DNA of 61,346 bases, filler included, from Stramenopiles sp. TOSAG23-2 (Eukaryota): NCBI GenBank assembly GCA_900128395.1. It is 4 parts of 4 records of this genome, joined end to end, with 100 filler letters (N's around TTAATTAATTAA, not from the genome) between each part and the next. Parts side by side here need not be neighbours in the genome. Positions count along the whole stretch, not along the records: positions 30,792 to 46,022 come from LT649719.1; 3 more parts are not named here. One strand, given 5' to 3'. Of the stretch, positions 32,226-44,300 are shown one piece after another; positions within the stretch are counted from its first letter, which is position 1, and each line of letters begins with the position of its first letter. The notes beneath the pieces were generated by a model. That model was not told the DNA's origin. It worked only from the letters and a program-made list of their open reading frames with translations, and made no database searches. The position numbers and the translations under genes were made by a program.

Positions 32226-33791
32226 TCAACGATGATCCGGTTGACCGTAAAGGATTAAGTTTTCACCAGCCGCAAGTTCTATATCAAATCGATTTTTTTT
32301 ACATGCATTTTCATTCCATGTACAATAGAATTGAGGATGTTGTTTTGGGTATGTCCATTTTGCATTTGATTCATTTTTTACTACAAAGTACGATGTGAAC
32401 ACGCCATTTTGAAATTCTTCCCCTCCATGCCTAGCTCCTTTACCACCTTCTAATTCAAATACGGTCTGTCGAGCATTTCCAGCTGACTGAATACATATAT
32501 TTAAAACTTCTCGTTGGACCTTGGACATAGATCTTAATTTACTAACAAGTTTTCCACTGAAACAAGCGTCGACTACAAGGACAAGTTTTAATCCACGTCT
32601 TTTTCCACGCCCATTATCCCACGCAGCAATCATGTCGTCAAGTGTTAAATCTCCAGCGGATCTTACTCCGTAACCAATCTCCAAAGCACCCCCTGTCTTC
32701 CCACCAAGAGTTTCCCCCCTTTCACCTGCTCCTCCATGCCCACTATAATACACAATATACATGTTGGCATCTTTTTTGAAGAAATTAATTAACTTTTTAA
32801 TGACAGCTTTTTTACCAGTACTACCGTCCGGTTTAGTAATATATGTATCCTCCATTACAACTCCTTTTGAATCTAACATATTTGAAACAAGCTCGCAATC
32901 ATCCTCAGTATGCTCTAAAGGATCTAGTGGGCTTGCAATGCAAAGCCCACGTGCACGTGTGATTGAGACACTCTTCTTTTTACTGGCACTTTTTTTTCCC
33001 ATTACCATTTTAGTCCTCATCAAGGAATCAAATGTAATATTGCCAGTTAATTTCCCACCAACCTTTAATTTGCAAGTTTTAGGTCCAACAGATTGAACAA
33101 CGCCAGTTTTACCTTTGTACTTTCCTTTTATAAATTCATATGTTTTACCGACGTGTATTTCATTGTTGATAAGTACCTTGCTTGGGGTTTTCATCTGTGC
33201 CGCACCAGTCCACACCAAAGAATCAAATGTAATATTGCCAGTTAATTCCCCACCAACCTTTAATTTGCAAGTTTTAGGTCCAACAGATTGAACAACGCCA
33301 GTTTTACCTTTGTACTTTCCTTTTATAAATTCATATGTTTTACCGACGTGTATTTCATTGTTGATAAGTACCTTGCTTGGGGTTTTCATCTGTGCCGCAC
33401 CAGTCCACACCAAAGAATCAAATGTAATATTGCCAGTTAATTCCCCACCAACCTTTAATTTGCAAGTTTTAGGTCCAACAGATTGAACAACGCCAGTTTT
33501 ACCTTTGTACTTTCCTTTTATAAATTCATATGTTTCACCGACGTGTATTTCATTGTTGATAAGTACCTTGCTTGGGGTTTCCATCTGTTTTTTTCCCTCT
33601 TTCTTAGCTTTCTTAGGTGTTGTTATCGATTTTGACGGTAGTTTCTTACCACCTTGTAACAACGCATTGATCCAAGTTTTTTTTTTCCGTTGATCTCCCT
33701 CGGGAGAATCAATGCCACGAGCCTTTGCGATGGCCTTTAATTCGGGCATTTTCATCTTGGTATAATCATCTCTAGTGGTAAAAGATGCCAT
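32226..33791 (-). CDS. SAP/HEH-like + 3 KOW-like repeats + caspase/metacaspase-like (C14) protease
   Basis: YTKMKMPELKAIAKARGI; three copies of IHVGxTYEFIKGKYKGKTGVVQSVGPKTCKL; IVYYSGHG and LVVDACFSG dyad; NGVFT and QHPQ. Confidence 0.8.
   Translation of the reverse strand: MASFTTRDDYTKMKMPELKAIAKARGIDSPEGDQRKKKTWINALLQGGKKLPSKSITTPKKAKKEGKKQMETPSKVLINNEIHVGETYEFIKGKYKGKTGVVQSVGPKTCKLKVGGELTGNITFDSLVWTGAAQMKTPSKVLINNEIHVGKTYEFIKGKYKGKTGVVQSVGPKTCKLKVGGELTGNITFDSLVWTGAAQMKTPSKVLINNEIHVGKTYEFIKGKYKGKTGVVQSVGPKTCKLKVGGKLTGNITFDSLMRTKMVMGKKSASKKKSVSITRARGLCIASPLDPLEHTEDDCELVSNMLDSKGVVMEDTYITKPDGSTGKKAVIKKLINFFKKDANMYIVYYSGHGGAGERGETLGGKTGGALEIGYGVRSAGDLTLDDMIAAWDNGRGKRRGLKLVLVVDACFSGKLVSKLRSMSKVQREVLNICIQSAGNARQTVFELEGGKGARHGGEEFQNGVFTSYFVVKNESNAKWTYPKQHPQFYCTWNENACKKNRFDIELAAGENLILYGQPDHR
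33021..33588 (-). repeat. Coding tandem repeat, 195-bp unit, ~3 near-identical copies
   Basis: caa.gaatcaaatgtaatattgccag recurs at 33021, 33216 and 33411. Confidence 0.95.
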
Positions 33792-35023
33792 CTTCTTAGC
33801 TTTAGCTTGCCTCGGATTAATGTGTAAGTTGATGATCTGGGAATTTCTTTTGACTATTATATACTCTTATACAGTAAAGGTATATCAAATAATGTAACGG
33901 AATTACGAAGCTTTTAGGATAACCTAGCATCATGTTAATGTATATATGTAGAGTGTTGGTATATAAAATATAAAATATAAATGAAATAATACAAGATAAA
34001 AGATCCCACAACAAGATTAGTTAAGATCCAAACCAGCAAAAAATGTTGCAAATAATAGCAACCTGTCGGAACACACGACGCAGTAGAAAAGACTGGTATA
34101 TATTATAATAACCAGTAACCAGCTATAAACCCTATTATACTATAGTAGAACCAAATTTTATATTTTTGGCGAGTGCCACAGAGTTTTTTCTCTGGACACC
34201 AGAGGCACTTCCTGGTCCAAATCTACGTTTTCCCAGGAAAGCTGGAAAGCACATTTTGCATTTTGATAGCAATCATAGGCTTGTTAGTATATGGTCAATA
34301 ATTAATTTACCACATTTGTTTCCGAGAGGGTACCGAAATCGTACTTGATAGAATATATAAAATTTGATAGGTGCCAAGTTTGGGACTCTTGAAATTTCTG
34401 ATGAATTTTTCATCTTTCCTCCATCAGTTTTTCACAGCACATAAAGCACATACATTTTCTGAAGTTTGAAGTTCATTTCCTATCATATTTCTACTTTCAT
34501 GTAGTCCTTTTCATATACTATAATACCGTGAGAAAGGTGAAGTTGTTTGCTTTGCGTTTTTTCACCCAAAAACAAAAAAAAGAAGGGTGAAGTTGATATA
34601 TATATATATGTGATTGATTGTGGTGTGTGAGGGGTTTTGTATATGATACGTGAAGATATAGTACATGACACCTTACTTATACCGTCATTTCAATAGATCT
34701 TATCACCGATAATACAAAAAATACTACTTTGAACATCTCGACTTCCCTTCCGTCGAAGTTGCATATTTTTTTTTTCTTCTGCAGATAATTTAATATAAAA
34801 ATTACTATAAAATTACTGGCTAAAAGGCAAAAGAAGAGGATAATTTACTGAAAGTTATATATATTATAAAAAGAGTAACATATAAATTAGATATACATAT
34901 TGTAGCAAAGAAAACGAAATTCAAAAGGCTGTTGTTGGAGCAAAAAAAAAAGTAAAGGATACTTCAGTCGTCGTCTATATCAGTTAATAATATAATAGTA
35001 TATATAATAGTATAATAATAATT

Positions 35024-35288
35024 ATGGGTTGTTTATTATGTAAATGCGGAGTACAAACGACTATTGGTAATGCAGTTTGTGGTGCACTATGTTCCTTATG
35101 TAAGGAAGGTGGAAATCGTAAGTAAAATGATCTCGAATTCTTTTCCTTTCTTTCTGTTTATAACAATATACATACAATTGTATATTGGTTATATATATAT
35201 ATATAGATGCATGCACCTACATGTTATATTTCTCTCTCTATAAACATACAAACATATTTAACTTTAATCTAACAGTATAATAACCTCA

Positions 35289-35328
<40 letters not shown>

Positions 35329-36723
35329 GGATGGTGTTGTGAATGTGGTCCAGATTACCCATGGACCCCTGCTTTGATAAATGAAAAACGCATGACAATG
35401 TGTTTGAGAGAAGGCGGGACGATACCCGATAATGTTCAAGTAGTCTCTTGTAAAGTCGAAACGTTGGGTACTGGGACAGAGGCAGAACGTATGGAGCGTG
35501 GTGATGACAGTGTTGGCGTTTTTTCCTGTATGTGTCGAGTAACGCTAGAATATGGTAGTGTTGAGGATCCAAAAGCAATAATGCTTACAGATTTGAAAAC
35601 TGGCGAAGCATTTCCAAAAACCATGATGGTTAAAGTGACTCCAAGTGGATTTGGAGAGCGATTGCTTGGTAATTTAGTTGGCTTTTTCAACACAGAAGTT
35701 GAAATGTATAAGCGAGATATATTAGGACAAGTAGGAATGAAAGCACCAAAGCTATATTTCGCCGCTCATGACGACATGACAGGGGCTAGATATATATTAA
35801 TGATTGAAGATTTAGCTCCTAGAAAACCACCAAAACAACATCAAGGAGAAGGTGGTTTTCTTATAGAACACGCAAAAGAGACAGCAAGTGAATTAACGAA
35901 ATTACATAGTGCATATTGGAACTGTGTACATGAAAAAAATATGGGTTTGTCACATGGTGGGTTTCTAATTGATAATCCAGGTTTATTAAATACGTCGTTA
36001 AAGCTGTATGTAGATGGGTTGGAATTTGGTCTTGACTGGATTAAAAATACAATGAAATTAGAACTTAGTCAACAAACATTAGATTACACACAGTTGTTGA
36101 AAGCTAATATTGATGGTTATTGTAAATACCGTGAAGACTATGCTGTTGAAAGAGGCGGATTTACTAATTGTACATTAATACATGGTGATCCAAGGCCAGA
36201 AAATTTATTTTTAAACCCTCTTACTTTTATAGACTTTCAACTAGCAATGGAAACACCACCGGAACATGATCTTATGTGGATATGTATGTATGGTTTTGAG
36301 TCTAAATATCGTCGTACGCATGAAATTGATTTATTATTTCATTACCATGCGGAATTAGGAAAACGTGGTATTGATCTTAGCAAACACACAATTGAAAATT
36401 CAGCGTTTCATTTTGCAGATGAAGCCGGATTTATGTTTGCTCAACAAATTATTGCAATAAAGGATATGGCAAAGAAAATTGAACAAGATCCAAATATGGG
36501 CGCTATGTTCGTTACCGTTTTAAAACGTTTAGATATATTTATACAAGACTGGGATATTGCTAATATGTTACAATTTCATTTGAATAGAGTTAATACTGGG
36601 AGAACAAAAGAACCAATAACAAATGATGATTGGCGTTCTTGTATACCAGAGGCACAATTATCAAAAATCGATTCATATAAAGCAAGTTTGGATAGTTCCA
36701 AGATACATGATGCTGCTGTATAA
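35024..36723 (+). CDS. Ecdysteroid/choline kinase-like (EcKL/APH-family) phosphotransferase; exons 35024-35117 and 35330-36723
   Basis: MMVK, FFNTEVEMY, LMIEDL, IHGDPRPENL, FIDFQ. The GTAAGT...TATAG intron at 35118-35329 joins MGCLLCKC...GGNR/WCCEC in frame with the 449-aa ORF. Confidence 0.85.
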
Positions 36724-37057
36724 AAAGTGGCGCATAGCGCATCCGAAAAAATGTTTTCGTTGATATAGTACTCGTACGAACTCAGTATTACGAACGTCGA
36801 AGGTACGTAAGACATTTTGCAGAGAGACGGTTGTGGCTATGTAGAGATTTAGAGAGAGGCATATATTCAAAAAATATGTAAATGAAAAGCTTAAATGCCT
36901 CGGTTTTAAATTTTATACGAACGTATATCGATATCATAAAAAAAAAAACGATATATAATAAAACACAAATACGTACTTTGGAGTAGTTTTAATTTTTTTG
37001 ACACAAAAATTTACAGCAGTTTTTATTGATACCCACACTCACATTTTTATTTTTTTT

Positions 37058-40000
37058 TCAATTCCATCTACTAGTGCGTGTACTAGTGCGTGTACTACGC
37101 GTACTACGTGTGCTAGTTCTACTTCCTACGGTTTTACTCTTTGTTGTTGTTCTTCTACTACTTGATCCAGTTTGTTTAATTCTTGTAGCACCGCCAAGCA
37201 ACCCAACACGTCTTGAACGTGTTATCGATGCTTTTTTACGCTTCCACTCTTCAAGTTCTTTTGCTCGAGTGGATTCTTTGGTACTGGCGTTTTCATTGTT
37301 ATTACTACTACTACTATTAAATTTTGCCCTGACTCGAGAGGAAGTCCGTAAATTTCTAGGTGTTGAAGACTTAGTATTCGACGGAACATCATCTTCTTCA
37401 TTACGTGAGATTTCTAATACATCATTTTCATTATTGAAATTGACCCTCTTAACACGTTTATTACTACTACTGTTTGAAGATTTTAAAATGCCACCAGATT
37501 TTGTTGTCGATGATTTTGTGCTTTTTCTAGCTGATGATCGGATATTACTATTCAAGGGTCTAATAGCTAATGGCGAAGCACTTTTACGTTTTCGGCTACT
37601 ATTTGGTCGAGGTTTCTTTGCAGAAGATCGTACACTCCCAGCAATTGTTTTCTGCTCTCGCAACTCACGTTGTTTGATCGTCAATTCGTTTTCAAGTTGC
37701 TCAACACGTTGTTCAGCTTTACATAATCGTGATTGGTAGGTATCAATCTTTTGTTTTTGTTGTTGCATTTTGTCATCTTTTTCTTTTAATTCTCTTTCAA
37801 ATCTAGAGGATTTCTCCGATGCTTTTGATATAGCATTTGACATTTCCTTCATTTCATTTTTACTAGAAGTGGTAGAATCTAAAATATTTCCTATTTTGTC
37901 TTTTAAAGAGGCATTTTCCTCTTCAATTTGTTTTAATTTTCTTCTCACGCTGACAAATTCACGTAATTTATTTTCTTTTTCATAAAGTTGATCTTTTGTC
38001 TTTTTCAATTGTTCTTGTAACTTCGGTAACTCCATATTTTTCACATTGGCTTTTGCTCTTCCTAACTCAACACCACGAGCACGTCCAGCAAATTCAAGGG
38101 AACATACGGACTCTTGATAATTCGATAAGGCTGGGCTAACTTGGGCAATCATTAACACTTTATTATCTTTTGATAACGAATTTTGCAATAAGTATGTTAA
38201 TTTTGAATCGCGGAATGGAATATGGCCTTGTTTGTTTGATAATGCATTGATGACATTTCCTAACGCAGATAATGATTTATTGATATTTTTTGCTTCTCGC
38301 AAACGATCTCCGCTAGCATCGGTTTTACCGACACGCTCGGATCCAGCAAGATCTACTAATACTAATTTTCCATTCATTTTTGCACCACTTTCGATTTCTT
38401 CTCCTACAATTGTAATTAGAAGCAAACAATGGGAACGACTACTGTGCTCATTTGCTTTTGTCGCACCAACTGATCGATTATGTTCTCCTATTTTCATCAT
38501 TTTGACTATGTCTTCCTGGGACTCAACATTCATCAAATTTGCATTTGGTAAATAATTACCACCTTCTTTACTTTTCCGTATTTCCAAGACATTATTATTT
38601 GGAGCCGAGTCAGTAGGTATCAAAAGATCACGAATACTTTCGTTATAAATTTCCACCATACTAACAGTCAATGTGTATTCATGAGTTGCTTTTCTTTGCT
38701 CTTTAATTTTAAACAATTCTTCCAAAGATCGAGTATATACCCCAGGATCATTCGCAGGTCCTTGCATAGTGTAAGTTTTTCCGCTGCCTGTTTGACCATA
38801 TGCAAAAATACATGAATGGAAACCATCCATTGATGATTGTACCATTGGGCTAACTTCCTTATAAACTGCAGATTGACTTTCACGTGGTTGAAATACTCTA
38901 TCATATTCAAATCGTTTTTCACGAGCACCTTTTAAATTTGTTGTTATACTCATTTTATTGTTTCCATGATCAGAAAATCCTATGGTATTTACTTCATCGC
39001 TATAAGTGTCGATTGGGCGTACACGGCAAAGTACACGAATATTGCCACGTAAACGTTGCAACTCATTGAAAACTTTTCTTCTTGAATCTATTTCACGTTC
39101 ATAATTCTCAACTAATTCTTTTCTCTCAACATCGGCTTTTTTACATTTCTGCATGAATAATTTTGCAATGTTAGTAAAATCATGTCTTAAAGAAGTAAAT
39201 TCTTGATTAACTTCATTCGCTAATGCTTTGTATGCACTTGTGACATTTTTACAATTTGTTTTCAATTTTAAAATACCTGCTTTTGTTTTTGCTGTTTTCG
39301 TTGTTAAATCGATTTTGAATTTTTCATGTTCAAATTTTTGATCTTCCAATTCTGCTTTGTTTTCATTAAATTTTCTTTCAAATGTTTCTAATTTTCTGGA
39401 CAAGCTTGTCACTTGACCAGCCAATGATGATTCACGCATTTTTGTCTCGGATAGTTCAACTACTAAATTATCAACAGTTGTTTCACTACTTTTTAATGCA
39501 TATTGCAACTCTTCCACTTTTGCGGAATGTTTATTAGCCACTGTTTTTGACGCATCTTCAAATTTAATTAGTAAATCTTTATACTTTTCACGTAAATTAG
39601 ATAATTCATCATCTTTCGATTCTAACACTGTAACACTAGCCTTTACGGTTTTTGTTGCTTCTTGTAACTCATTGTTTTTCTTATCTAAACCAAGAACACA
39701 ATCTTCACATTCTTTTTTAATAAGAGCCATTTCGTTATCTTTGCTTTTTACCAATGTTTTTAAATTTTCAATTTCCAACATCGCTGCATGTAATTTATCT
39801 TCCAATACTTTATTATCTTGATTTAATTTCGCCTTCGCTTCAACCTTACTTAAAGATGCTAATGTATTCATATTAATAGCCCCAGTATTGTTTTGTATTG
39901 GGGTACGTGCTTTAGCATTTGCTTTATTTGTACCTCCCCCAGTGTTAAAAAATCCAGATGATGATGGACTGGAAAGAAAACCTGCTACCATACTGGTACC

Positions 40001-40756
40001 ATACATACTACTTTGTCGCAATACGCGTAAAATGCTATTTGTTTGTGGTTTATTGCTCATGCTAGAACCATTACTCATCATAATCGCAGGAGAACTAACA
40101 GATTTAGTAGGCGTTGAAAACGCTTCCCAGGTCGCAGCATAGACTTGGAAACTATTGTCATCTCTTAAACGTTTGATATCACATAAACAGTTTACAATTG
40201 GCTTCAGTCGACCAGATGATAAATCTTGAATCGAAGGCACGTTGCTTTTTTGAATATTAATTGCACGGCAAAATCGACTGAAACGTGAAAAGTTTTGTTG
40301 TTTCATTCTAGATTTTCCATTCGGGGTACGTTTGGATAATTTAATTTTAATATTAAGGCCACATTTATCACTCAATGACTGTGCCAGTTTGCATAGCAAC
40401 GAACCATCTTCTAGTGCAGTAATAAATTTTTCATCTGTTGATATATCCTCGTTTGTTATATCAGCTATCTCATCAACAACTAACTTTCTGGCTTCACTTA
40501 CACGCGTTTTCCATCCATCCGCCAATACATCTGCTATTTTATCAGAAATACTGCAAGTATTTGTTACTTTAATTTCTTCTTCTGTTATGTTCAGGTCCTT
40601 TCTGGCGTTTTCTTCTGGTATTTCAAGATCAATATTGTCAGTGGTAACAACTACAACCTCATCGTCAACACCATTATTTGAGTTCTCGTCGTGAATTGGT
40701 GTATTTTCCTCTACTACTATGGCATTTAAATCTTCCTCTGTGTTATGATTCATCAT
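37058..40756 (-). CDS. Kinesin-14 with N-terminal calponin-homology domain
   Basis: Neck RRKVFNELQRLRGNIRVLCRVRP, P-loop YGQTGSGKT, NEHSSRSH, LVDLAGSER, HIPFRDSKLT; N-terminal ALEDGSLLCKLA...NFSRFSRFC...IVNCL; long coiled coil. Confidence 0.9.
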   Translation of the reverse strand: MMNHNTEEDLNAIVVEENTPIHDENSNNGVDDEVVVVTTDNIDLEIPEENARKDLNITEEEIKVTNTCSISDKIADVLADGWKTRVSEARKLVVDEIADITNEDISTDEKFITALEDGSLLCKLAQSLSDKCGLNIKIKLSKRTPNGKSRMKQQNFSRFSRFCRAINIQKSNVPSIQDLSSGRLKPIVNCLCDIKRLRDDNSFQVYAATWEAFSTPTKSVSSPAIMMSNGSSMSNKPQTNSILRVLRQSSMYGTSMVAGFLSSPSSSGFFNTGGGTNKANAKARTPIQNNTGAINMNTLASLSKVEAKAKLNQDNKVLEDKLHAAMLEIENLKTLVKSKDNEMALIKKECEDCVLGLDKKNNELQEATKTVKASVTVLESKDDELSNLREKYKDLLIKFEDASKTVANKHSAKVEELQYALKSSETTVDNLVVELSETKMRESSLAGQVTSLSRKLETFERKFNENKAELEDQKFEHEKFKIDLTTKTAKTKAGILKLKTNCKNVTSAYKALANEVNQEFTSLRHDFTNIAKLFMQKCKKADVERKELVENYEREIDSRRKVFNELQRLRGNIRVLCRVRPIDTYSDEVNTIGFSDHGNNKMSITTNLKGAREKRFEYDRVFQPRESQSAVYKEVSPMVQSSMDGFHSCIFAYGQTGSGKTYTMQGPANDPGVYTRSLEELFKIKEQRKATHEYTLTVSMVEIYNESIRDLLIPTDSAPNNNVLEIRKSKEGGNYLPNANLMNVESQEDIVKMMKIGEHNRSVGATKANEHSSRSHCLLLITIVGEEIESGAKMNGKLVLVDLAGSERVGKTDASGDRLREAKNINKSLSALGNVINALSNKQGHIPFRDSKLTYLLQNSLSKDNKVLMIAQVSPALSNYQESVCSLEFAGRARGVELGRAKANVKNMELPKLQEQLKKTKDQLYEKENKLREFVSVRRKLKQIEEENASLKDKIGNILDSTTSSKNEMKEMSNAISKASEKSSRFERELKEKDDKMQQQKQKIDTYQSRLCKAEQRVEQLENELTIKQRELREQKTIAGSVRSSAKKPRPNSSRKRKSASPLAIRPLNSNIRSSARKSTKSSTTKSGGILKSSNSSSNKRVKRVNFNNENDVLEISRNEEDDVPSNTKSSTPRNLRTSSRVRAKFNSSSSNNNENASTKESTRAKELEEWKRKKASITRSRRVGLLGGATRIKQTGSSSRRTTTKSKTVGSRTSTRSTRSTRTSTRTSRWN

Positions 40757-41395
40757 ATTCACACAATGATATCACTATTATATATGTATATTTTTTTAAA
40801 ATCTGTTGTTTATCAATATTAATAACGCAAAAAAAAAAGTAAACAAAGTATATGCAATAATAAAAATAATAATGATTCTTTTTCTTCTTACAATGTAATC
40901 TGTAGAAATATATGTCTGTATATTATCTATACTATCTATATTTTTACAGTTTCGAGTGGATATTTATTGTGTGGTAAAGTGGTGGTGTGTGAAGCTCCCT
41001 CAAAGAAATTGCCGCCGAGCGAGAAACTCAACGTTCAATATATTGCAAATTGCAAATATATGATAGACATAGCACTACGACATGAAGACGAAAGAAACTG
41101 CAAAAACTATTATACCTATTTGGTGTAGTCTTTATATCCTATCAAAAAGGTGGCGCAAAAAAAAAAAATAATGGAAAAAAAAAAATAATAATTGCACAAT
41201 AGTTGCAATACGGTAATTAAAAAAAAAATAAAGGCACACCTGGCACAGCAAGTATAATAAAGCAGTTTCAAGTTTTTTTTTATATATTATACGATTTGTT
41301 GTGTCTAAAAAAGAGCTGAATGATATAGTGTATACGCATTTCGTTATATACTTTTAAGATCAACAATATATCTGTTTAAATATCCATCTAAAACG

Positions 41396-44300
41396 ATGCA
41401 AATGTTACATTATTGGAATCCTATAAAAAAGGCCATAACGTTCATACTATTTTTTTTTCTTTTTTGGCAAATAAATTTAATAATAGTAGTTACATCGTCG
41501 TCCAGTAGTAGTAGTAGTAGCAATAGTAACAACAATAACAATGGTCAACTAATAGGTATTCCAACGCCTGTAACAGATGCATTTGAAGGTCGTGTCTACA
41601 CATACTATATAAAATTGTCAAAACGCCCATATTCTTCGTCCATTCCATCAGTAAATGTCAATGTAAATATTATAGATCAAGGAGACAATGGTGGTGATTT
41701 AAAACTATTTTGCTCATTGGCAGATACTACTTTAAATCAAAAGCAGTTTGAGTTTAGTTTCGAAACATGGGATATACCTATACCTGTAAATGTAAAAGTC
41801 GCTACAAATGACTATACGCTAAGAAAGTATTCCCCGATCACTACGTGTCGGATAAATCATAAGGTGACAAGCGAAGATGCATTGTACTATAATCACAACG
41901 ATACACTTTTGAATATATCGATAGTGAGTCGAGGTTGCGGTTTGGGTGAATATCATGGTATCGACCGTCTAAAATATGTTACATATAAAAATACTAATAT
42001 GGGAGAAAATGAATGTATATGTGGCCCACAATATTATAAATCAAACGATGTAACAAACTGTACAAATTGTAATTTAAAGGAAGGAATTGTTTGTAATCAA
42101 ATAGGTGTTGGTAATATGCCTCCAATTGTTAAGAATTTTTGGAGATATGGTCTCCCAAATAGAAATGATATTGAAAATATTTATAAATGTCCATATGACG
42201 ATACATGTATAGGTGGAAATAATACTAAAAATAGATGTAGTATTGGACATCATGAACAGTTTCCTTTATGTGCAAAATGCGAAATAGATTATGTATTGAT
42301 TAATGAAAAATGCATTTTATGCAATGGCACCAAGTCTTACAACGAAAAACAAAATATATTTACAATGTCAACTATATTGCCAGTACATTCATTGAAATTA
42401 ATGTACATCTTATTAGGTTCAACCATAATGTTAATTTTTGTTTTTGTTTTATATATTACAAAACGTGCTATATCAAAAGAGGCCGAAGAGGAATTAAAAG
42501 CAAAACTAATTGGTTTAAATTTAGATACCATTTTCAACAGTTCTACAGAACATCATTTAACAATGGATGCATTTATAAATATGCTAAATGCACACCATGA
42601 AAATTTTTCTATCGATGAAATTCATCTTTTATTTCAAACTGTAGATAAAGATCAAACTGGATATATAGATAAAATGCATTTGTTATTATATGCAACTAAT
42701 TCGGGATGGGTGGATGTTGAAAATATAGAACGTAAACGTAAAGCGTATAAATGGCGGATAAAACGAAATAAAAAAAGAAATAAATTGTTAGGAACAGCTT
42801 ATATGAAATTCAAATTATTATTTACATACTTGCAAATGTTATCTATATTTGGAATTACATTTAGTAATACAATTAAATGGCCTAGATTAATAAAACGAAC
42901 GATGGGTTATTTAGAATTTACAACATTTGATTTGTATTCTTTCCCCTTTGCAGAATTTATAGATTGCCATATGTATGTAAGCTTTTTACATCATTTTATA
43001 TATAATGTTGCAATATTTCCTGCCATCATATTGCTTATCGTTTCCTCATATGGTATTGGAATTGCATATCGTAAATTAAAAAAACGCCTATATAAAAATT
43101 CACAAGATAAAAGCAAAACTGGTTCTGTTAAATATACAAATGACAGTATGGTTGCAAATATTTATACTATGATAAGTTTTACTGCATATGTATTATATAC
43201 AGGGGTTTTAACACGAATGATACAAATGTTAACATGTACAAAATTTATTACAGGTAATAATGGAGAAGCAAAATACTTTTTAAATGCTGATTTTTCAATA
43301 CAATGCTACAACAATGATGAAAATAACTATTGGACTTTTTTTGCATTAAGTCTTACATGTTGTGTGTTCTATGGTCTCGGATATCCAGCAGTACAATTAA
43401 TTTTATTGCATCACAATCGTAAATATTTATATTATGACGAGGAAGAAAATATGAAAAGAAATAAAACGCTAAGACAAGAAGATGAGTTTATAGTAAGACG
43501 TCATCGTGCTGTTAAAAAACGATTAGGGGCTACGTATAGCAAATATAACCCAGATTCGTACTATTTTGAGATTGTTGATTTATTACGGCGTTTTATATTG
43601 TGTGGCATTTTACTCTTTCTGAACAATATTTACAACAGTAACCCAAATGTTCTAGATTTATCTATTATACAAATGTTATGTGGCATATTCATTTGTTTCG
43701 CATGGGTATTGGCAATAGCCTACAAGCGACCATATACGGCATATTGGGACAATATCTTAAGCTTAACTTTGTCAGCTCATTTATGTTTTTTGTTACTTGT
43801 TGGAATGTGTCTAACACTTTGGGATGCAAAACACGGCCCATTGTTATCCTCAGATATTGCAATAGACGATAACAACGGTGTATCGCATTATTTTTTAATG
43901 GTGACTATATTCTTACTTTCAAGTATGGGAATATGTATGATATTTGGTTTTGTGCTATTATTTATTTCCATGTCTTGTACTCAACATTTGAAATGTTGCG
44001 CATCCTTGTATAACCATTTAATGACAGAGGAAGAACAAGAGCAACAAGATCAAGTGCTTGATCATTTTGAATATGCAAGCGAATGGCTTGATAGTCAAAA
44101 ACAAATATTAGGGATAATGACAGCAGATGATGTCGTAGATAGCTTAAGTGAATGTAAAAAGGTATTAATGAAAACGCTTGAAAATGAAGAAAATCATTTA
44201 CAAGAAAGTTTCGATAAATGGAATGAAAAATTACAACATCATGAAAAGCAACATAATAAATTAAGTTTTGAAATTGACGAACTTAAAAAAGTTTTAGAGA

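Noticed and set aside
33021-33588. CRISPR-like array
   Set aside because: Contiguous 195-bp in-frame coding repeats with no spacers; eukaryotic context.
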